From Raillietiella orientalis (lineage: Eukaryota): a stretch of DNA of 64,000 nt. The translations under genes were made by a program, and so were the position numbers. The stretch is from assembly GCA_036172245.1 (NCBI GenBank), contig JAYWIR010000002.1, positions 6,324,001 through 6,388,000 of the forward strand, in the 5' to 3' direction. Shown here in pieces: positions 62,600 to 64,000 of this stretch (the first letter of the stretch is position 1; each line of letters begins with the position of its first letter). Below the pieces are notes generated by a model, which worked only from the letters and a program-made list of their open reading frames with translations, had not been told where the DNA came from and ran no database searches.

Positions 62600-63330
62600 T
62601 GCCGGAGTTTACCCTGGACACCGTTGAATCGCGTATCTCTCAGACAATCCTCTTCCGACGGAAAGTGACAGATACTCCAACTTCGGTGGAATCTGCGCTC
62701 ACCTTGATCAAGAGATTTATTACTCTTCGCGCGACGTCCGAATCGCTGCTTATTTCACTGTGACTGAAGAGCAAGACTTCCTAGGTGTCGGCGGGGAGGA
62801 AAATTTCCCGAGCTTGTTGCGCAAAAAGGTTTGCATAGATGCGTTTCTCAGCTCACATGGTTCAGGTTCTCATGACTTTTGAGCTCAAGTAGAGGTTTGG
62901 CTTCTGCAGCTCCCTCTGCAACAGTAATTTGCCCAAAGTCAGTCTTGTATCTAATTTCGATTCAGCGATGCTGCGTTTGCCACGGGGAACGCCGCTCTTC
63001 AATGATTAACGGGCAATTAAGATGCTTGACTGCGGTAGACAATGTCTGGAATAGATTATTCCATGCTGCTAGCTAAGTTGACCCATACACGAAGCCGAGG
63101 ACTTTGCTTTTAGCAAGGAATTACCAAAGGGACAAGCGGGTGTGGAAAAACGCGACGCTGTGCAGCAAGATGAAGATCTAAGGAGATTCCAGACTCGAGG
63201 GAGAGCTTTTCACCAGACATGCAGAGCTTGAGCTTCCGTATCTCGCTTTTGAAGACCCCACTGGACGCTACGAAGAACAGTAATTTCTTTAATTGCTTTA
63301 AAATCTGATGTGCCATTCGGTTTCACTGGA
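62600..63330 (-). mobile_element. LINE RT N-terminal remnant
   Basis: ILKQLKKLLFFVASSGVFKSEIRKLKLCMSGEK resembles +...L..+FN....G.+P.S.+...I.L+.K. Confidence 0.45.
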
Positions 63331-64000
63331 AACGATGGTTGTTCGTTTCCACGTCAGAGGAGAAAACGGCCACTTGAATTTGATTTAATAATTACTTTAG
63401 AAGGATCCTGTTCTACGGTCTCCATGCCTTTCCTTGACGGTGAATTCAACTAGCACGGTTGGCAGGAGTCCAAGAAAAGGCGGACGTGTCATGGCGGTCT
63501 CTTTGAAATAATTCTTCTAGGGAATTTTCCTCCAAATAAGAACATCCTTTGAAGGGTCCTTCCCCCCACCCTCCGCCCCCAAAAGTCAGGACATGCAAGA
63601 ATTTTCGTTCCGATTTTTGATTCTCAGAACCTCAAGATGAAATAATTCCCTTTTATTGCTCAGTAATATTGCTGGACCAGTGTCACGATTGCAATGCAGA
63701 ACACAGGTGTGCGGAGCACGTTTTAGCTCACGGATCTGTCAGGTGCAGTGCTTCCTATCCAGTATTCTCCGACGTTCCCTCTAGAAATCCCTTGTTTTAA
63801 CAGCATCCATCCAGTGTCTTTCGCATTTCCCTAAGAGGAACGGCTGCTGACCGAAATTCGCAATCTCCCGGATGCGCAAAGAAAATTTTCTCCAGTGTCC
63901 CTCGCAACACTCAGATATCTACGACGGCTATCAAAGAATAAGAAAAAAAGGTCTATGAAAGGAAGCCCTACAGCAGTGGCACATTTATTTACATCCCAGT

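Overview
Eukaryotic, repeat-saturated genomic DNA with no intact protein-coding gene that I can support. Most of the 64 kb is a nested graveyard of decayed L1/Tx1-type non-LTR retrotransposon (LINE) fragments on both strands: APE endonuclease, RT and C-terminal CxxC..ES..HLL..C remnants, all frameshifted and none with an intact (Y/F)ADD. The ORF-track ORFs are mostly by-products of these GC-rich remnants. The main signal is a shared 3' architecture: T-rich tract, a variable hairpin, an AATAAAC-like signal, then an ungapped 19-nt tag (consensus KCCCCGGCRTRACCGGGTG) and usually only 2-4 A. The tag occurs at 13 LINE ends. It is also fused exactly at its first base to the 3' end of a U6 snRNA retrocopy flanked by a perfect 17-bp target-site duplication (TSD), which suggests a separable 3' module. 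Also present: a long repeat family with a tRNA-like (Pol III A/B-box) head; two apparently identical inverted duplications sharing nearly the same symmetry axis (possibly an assembly artefact); and a THAP-like ORF remnant. All homology calls are by eye from recalled family motifs, no database search was run, and boundaries of decayed elements are approximate.
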